A stretch of DNA of 63,997 nt, the filler included, from Folioceros fuciformis (taxonomy: Eukaryota): assembly GCA_049999805.1 (NCBI GenBank). It is 8 parts of 8 records of this genome, joined end to end, with 100 filler letters (N's around TTAATTAATTAA, not from the genome) between each part and the next. Parts side by side here need not be neighbours in the genome. Positions count along the whole stretch, not along the records: positions 58,264 to 62,795 come from JBNGIO010006350.1; positions 62,896 to 63,997 come from JBNGIO010006436.1; 6 more parts are not named here. One strand, 5' to 3'. Under the pieces are notes generated by a model. That model was not told the DNA's origin and did no database searches. It worked only from the letters and a program-made list of their open reading frames with translations. The translations under genes were made by a program, and so were the position numbers. This document shows positions 61,140 to 63,997 of the stretch, piece by piece (the first letter of the stretch is position 1; every line of letters begins with the position of its first letter).

Positions 61140-62470
61140 GCACCCATTTTATGTCCAGAATTTTGCCAACTGAGCAGGTTACGAATATGTTCGCGGTAAG
61201 TAGTCGCTTTGGAACCCTAGAAGATTTCAAACATCTGGTTGACAGTGCCTATGGTTCGTTAGGCATTCCTTGCAAGCCCGCTACTGAAGCCCAGTTTACA
61301 TCAATTCAGCGTTTCGTTTCTCATGTTTTGAGTTCATGATGAAACAGGAATGGGCCTGTTTGTCATCATGGACATAGTCCACTCACATTCGGCGGCTGCA
61401 GACGAGATAGTTGGCCTTCCTTCATTCGATCGTGCTAATGATTGTTACTTCCATGATGGTTAGTGTGCACTGCCTTGCAAGGATTGGTGCAGAATGCTGA
61501 GATTGTTTTTTCGTCCGTTCACCATCCCGTTCACTGTAGCAGCTGAGTTTACCCTTGCATTGCAGGACGGCGAGGGCGTCCCAAACATACAGGCAACCGC
61601 ATATTCAACTATGGTGAATACGAAGTGCTTCGCTACCTCTTATCAAAGTTGAAGTGGTGAGTGGATTTAGTCCGCCTCGATGATCTCTAGTGTGACTGAT
61701 CTTTCTGATTGCTGTGTTTGAATTTGCTCTCTCAGGCAGTTGAATATGAATACGAAGTGCTTCGCTACCTCTTATCAAAGTTGAAGTGGTGAGTGGATTT
61801 AGTCCGCCTCGATGATCTCTAGTGTGACTGATCTTTCTGAATGCTGTGTTTGAATTGCTCTCTCAGGCAGTTCGCATCTAGAGCAAGGTAGCTTGGAAGT
61901 CACACTTTTCTTTCTCATGGCAGGTGGGTGGAAGAGTATCAAGTAGATGGTTTCCACTTCCATTTGCTGCAGTCCATGTTTTACACCCACAATGGATTTG
62001 CAGAGTTCACAAATGGCTTGAATGAGTAAGGCTGCTGTCATTCAGGAAATTGCTCGCAGGAGCTCCATTTTGGTCGAATTACATAGACTGCTTCCTCGCT
62101 CTTTCTCACATTTCTCTGGTTGTGCAGCTACTGCAATCAATACGTGGACAGAGATGCATTGCTGTATGTGATTCTGGCTAATGAGATGCTGCACAAGCTC
62201 AACTCCGAACATTGTCACAATTGCAGGGGATGTATGCACAATCCTGCCGCTCTTCTCTTAATTGACAAATTCTGGATTGCTTGTGTGCACAGCACCAGCA
62301 CTCTTGACTGAGTCGATTGCTACTTCCCACAGGCCTCACAGTATCCATGGTTGACTGAACCCATCAGTAAGGGTGGGTTGGGCTTTGACTACTTTGCCAG
62401 CGTCTCACCCTCTAAGATGTGGTCGTATCTCATTGGAAATGTTCCAGACAGTGAATGGAGTATGAGTCAG
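61140..62470 (+). pseudogene. Second, inverted SBE3-type gene fragment
   Basis: Exons VTNMFAVSSRFGTLEDFKHLVDSAY, GLFVIMDIVHSHSAAADEIVGL...NDCYFHD, RIFNYGEYEVLRYLLSKLKW, WVEEYQVDGFHF, YCNQYVDRDALLYVILANEMLH, ASQYPWLTEPISKGGLGFDYF...SEWSMSQ; internal ~130-bp tandem duplication at 61616-61871. Confidence 0.85.
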
Positions 62471-62560
62471 GTGAGATTTGAGAGACCTGTACTGGAATTC
62501 TTCGTGCGTGTGGTTCACGTTTTGTGAACTAACAAACGGCATGTGGTACGGCGATTTCAG

Positions 62561-62668
62561 ATTTCAAGAAGTTGTTCAATTTGGACGGCCCATTCCTGAC
62601 AGACAGGGATGCATGGGCTGGGACCTTTGAAAATATCTTTCGTAAAACGGCAAGGATCGATTGTCCAG
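62561..62668 (+). pseudogene. Isolated exon of a non-specific phospholipase C (phosphoesterase family)
   Basis: ag|...[35 protein letters not shown]|gt matches the plant NPC motif KKLFNL...[13 protein letters not shown]...RxDCP. Confidence 0.75.
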
Positions 62669-62895
62669 GTTTGTGATACGACCTTCATAGTTCTTATGGT
62701 CTGAACGAAGTTGGCACTCACCTGGTATTTGGTTGTGCCCAGTGGGAAGAACGAGGTTCCTGGTTCTAATCTGGCTTTTGGTTGTGCTGTGCAGCNNNNN
62801 NNNNNNNNNNNNNNNNNNNNNNNNNNNNNNNNNNNNNNNTTAATTAATTAANNNNNNNNNNNNNNNNNNNNNNNNNNNNNNNNNNNNNNNNNNNN

Positions 62896-63635
62896 GTACA
62901 CAGCACTTGCTACTGCAGGCAATGCTGAAGATCTCCACAAGCTCGGTGTTCTCGACGTTCAATACAAACGGTATGTGTGCAAGGGTCTTTTTCGGAAGTT
63001 AGCTTGTGTGCATGATCGTTGCACGTGCATGACACTCGGATGACTATGAACTAGTTGACTTGTTTAAATTGTTAAAATGTTGCGGTGAATTTGTTTAACT
63101 TACAAGCCCATATGCATGCACATGATACTGTATATGAATAGGGTGCCTTGCACGTACGGTGGTGACATCGCGTTCGAGGTCGACAAGGGATCCAACCCAT
63201 TTTACTTGGCTTTCTTCGTCAAATATGTGGGAGGCCCAGGAGATCTCTCAGCAGTGAGCATTCAACAAGTAAGCAGTTAGTTACTGGTGGATAAGGTTTT
63301 AATAAATGGGTTTACGGTGCTTACGATCGTTTTCATGGATTCGTTCATGGTTGAATACCACCTCGCTAAATCGGTTAGCTAGAATTATAACATGATTACC
63401 ATATATACTTATGTTCATCTCATCCTCTATGCAGAGTGGAACAAGCACTTGGGTTCCAGCGGTTCACACCTGGGGTGCAAATTGGCACGTCCAATCAACC
63501 TCTCCCATTCAAGGGCCCATTAGCATTCAACTAACGACCAACTTGGAACGTGAGATAATCATTGCCTCCAATGTCATACCTGCTGGCTGGCAACCTGGAG
63601 GGACGTACACTTCAACGGTGCAATTTCAAAACTAG
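62896..63635 (+). CDS. Beta-expansin (EXPB-like), last three exons; 5' part outside the contig
   Basis: Exons ~62896-62970 (GVLDVQYKR), 63142-63268 (VPCTYGGDIAFEVDKGSNPFYLAFFVKYVGGPGDL) and 63435-63635 (WGANW...GPISIQLT...NVIPAGWQPGGTYTS*). Confidence 0.85.
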
Positions 63636-63997
63636 GTTGAAAACGAAGTGCTACATACTATCCTGAAAAGTGAACGGAACAATGTAGGTGTGAGATATGG
63701 TGCGGCCAATTAATTTGTTGTGTTTAAAACACATTGACGTTGCACCCAATTCCACATTGGGGTTCATTCATATTTTGACAATATCGTATTCATGGCATGC
63801 ATTGCTTCATTTAAATTGCAATCATTGCACAAATGTATGATGTCCAAAATGGTTGCAAATTATTGTTTTTCCTCTTCCTTCTACCACCAAGTCCTTAGTG
63901 AAGGCAATGGCAGGTAGCGAGTTAGGACAAAAGAGCAACTGTAATAGTGAATGTCAAGAACTACTAGTATCAAGATGTGAGCACCACTACATAAGTT

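Overview
Eukaryotic land-plant DNA. Spliced genes and the style of the PLS-class PPR suggest a fern or other non-seed vascular plant (inference). The window is an artificial concatenation of 8 contigs joined by N-TTAATTAATTAA-N spacers, so adjacency across spacers means nothing. Recognisable host genes: a complete 19-exon DDB1, an intronless LISCL-type GRAS gene with a triplicated 3' end, a PLS-E+ PPR editing-factor gene and the 3' exons of a beta-expansin. Pseudogenes and fragments: a nepenthesin-like aspartic protease, two inverted copies of starch branching enzyme 3 (BE1/SBE3-type) exons, a phospholipase C (NPC) exon and a RanBP2 zinc finger. Transposons: a MULE/SWIM remnant, three Copia elements plus one decayed derivative, a chromovirus-like Gypsy and a 2.9-kb solo-LTR-like insert. 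The best candidate for novelty is an unannotated, intronless protein family: transit-peptide-like N-terminus, expanded coiled-coil repeats and a conserved ~130-aa C-terminal domain with LRGxFEFF...WW...YxxLSxHVH (HEPN-like). One copy is intact (60187-61074) inside a ~1-kb SBE3-derived inverted repeat, one is a pseudogene directly upstream of the PPR gene, and a third may be a truncated remnant. A second unannotated family is shown by two homologous orphan ORFs at 20610-21092 and 43993-44412.
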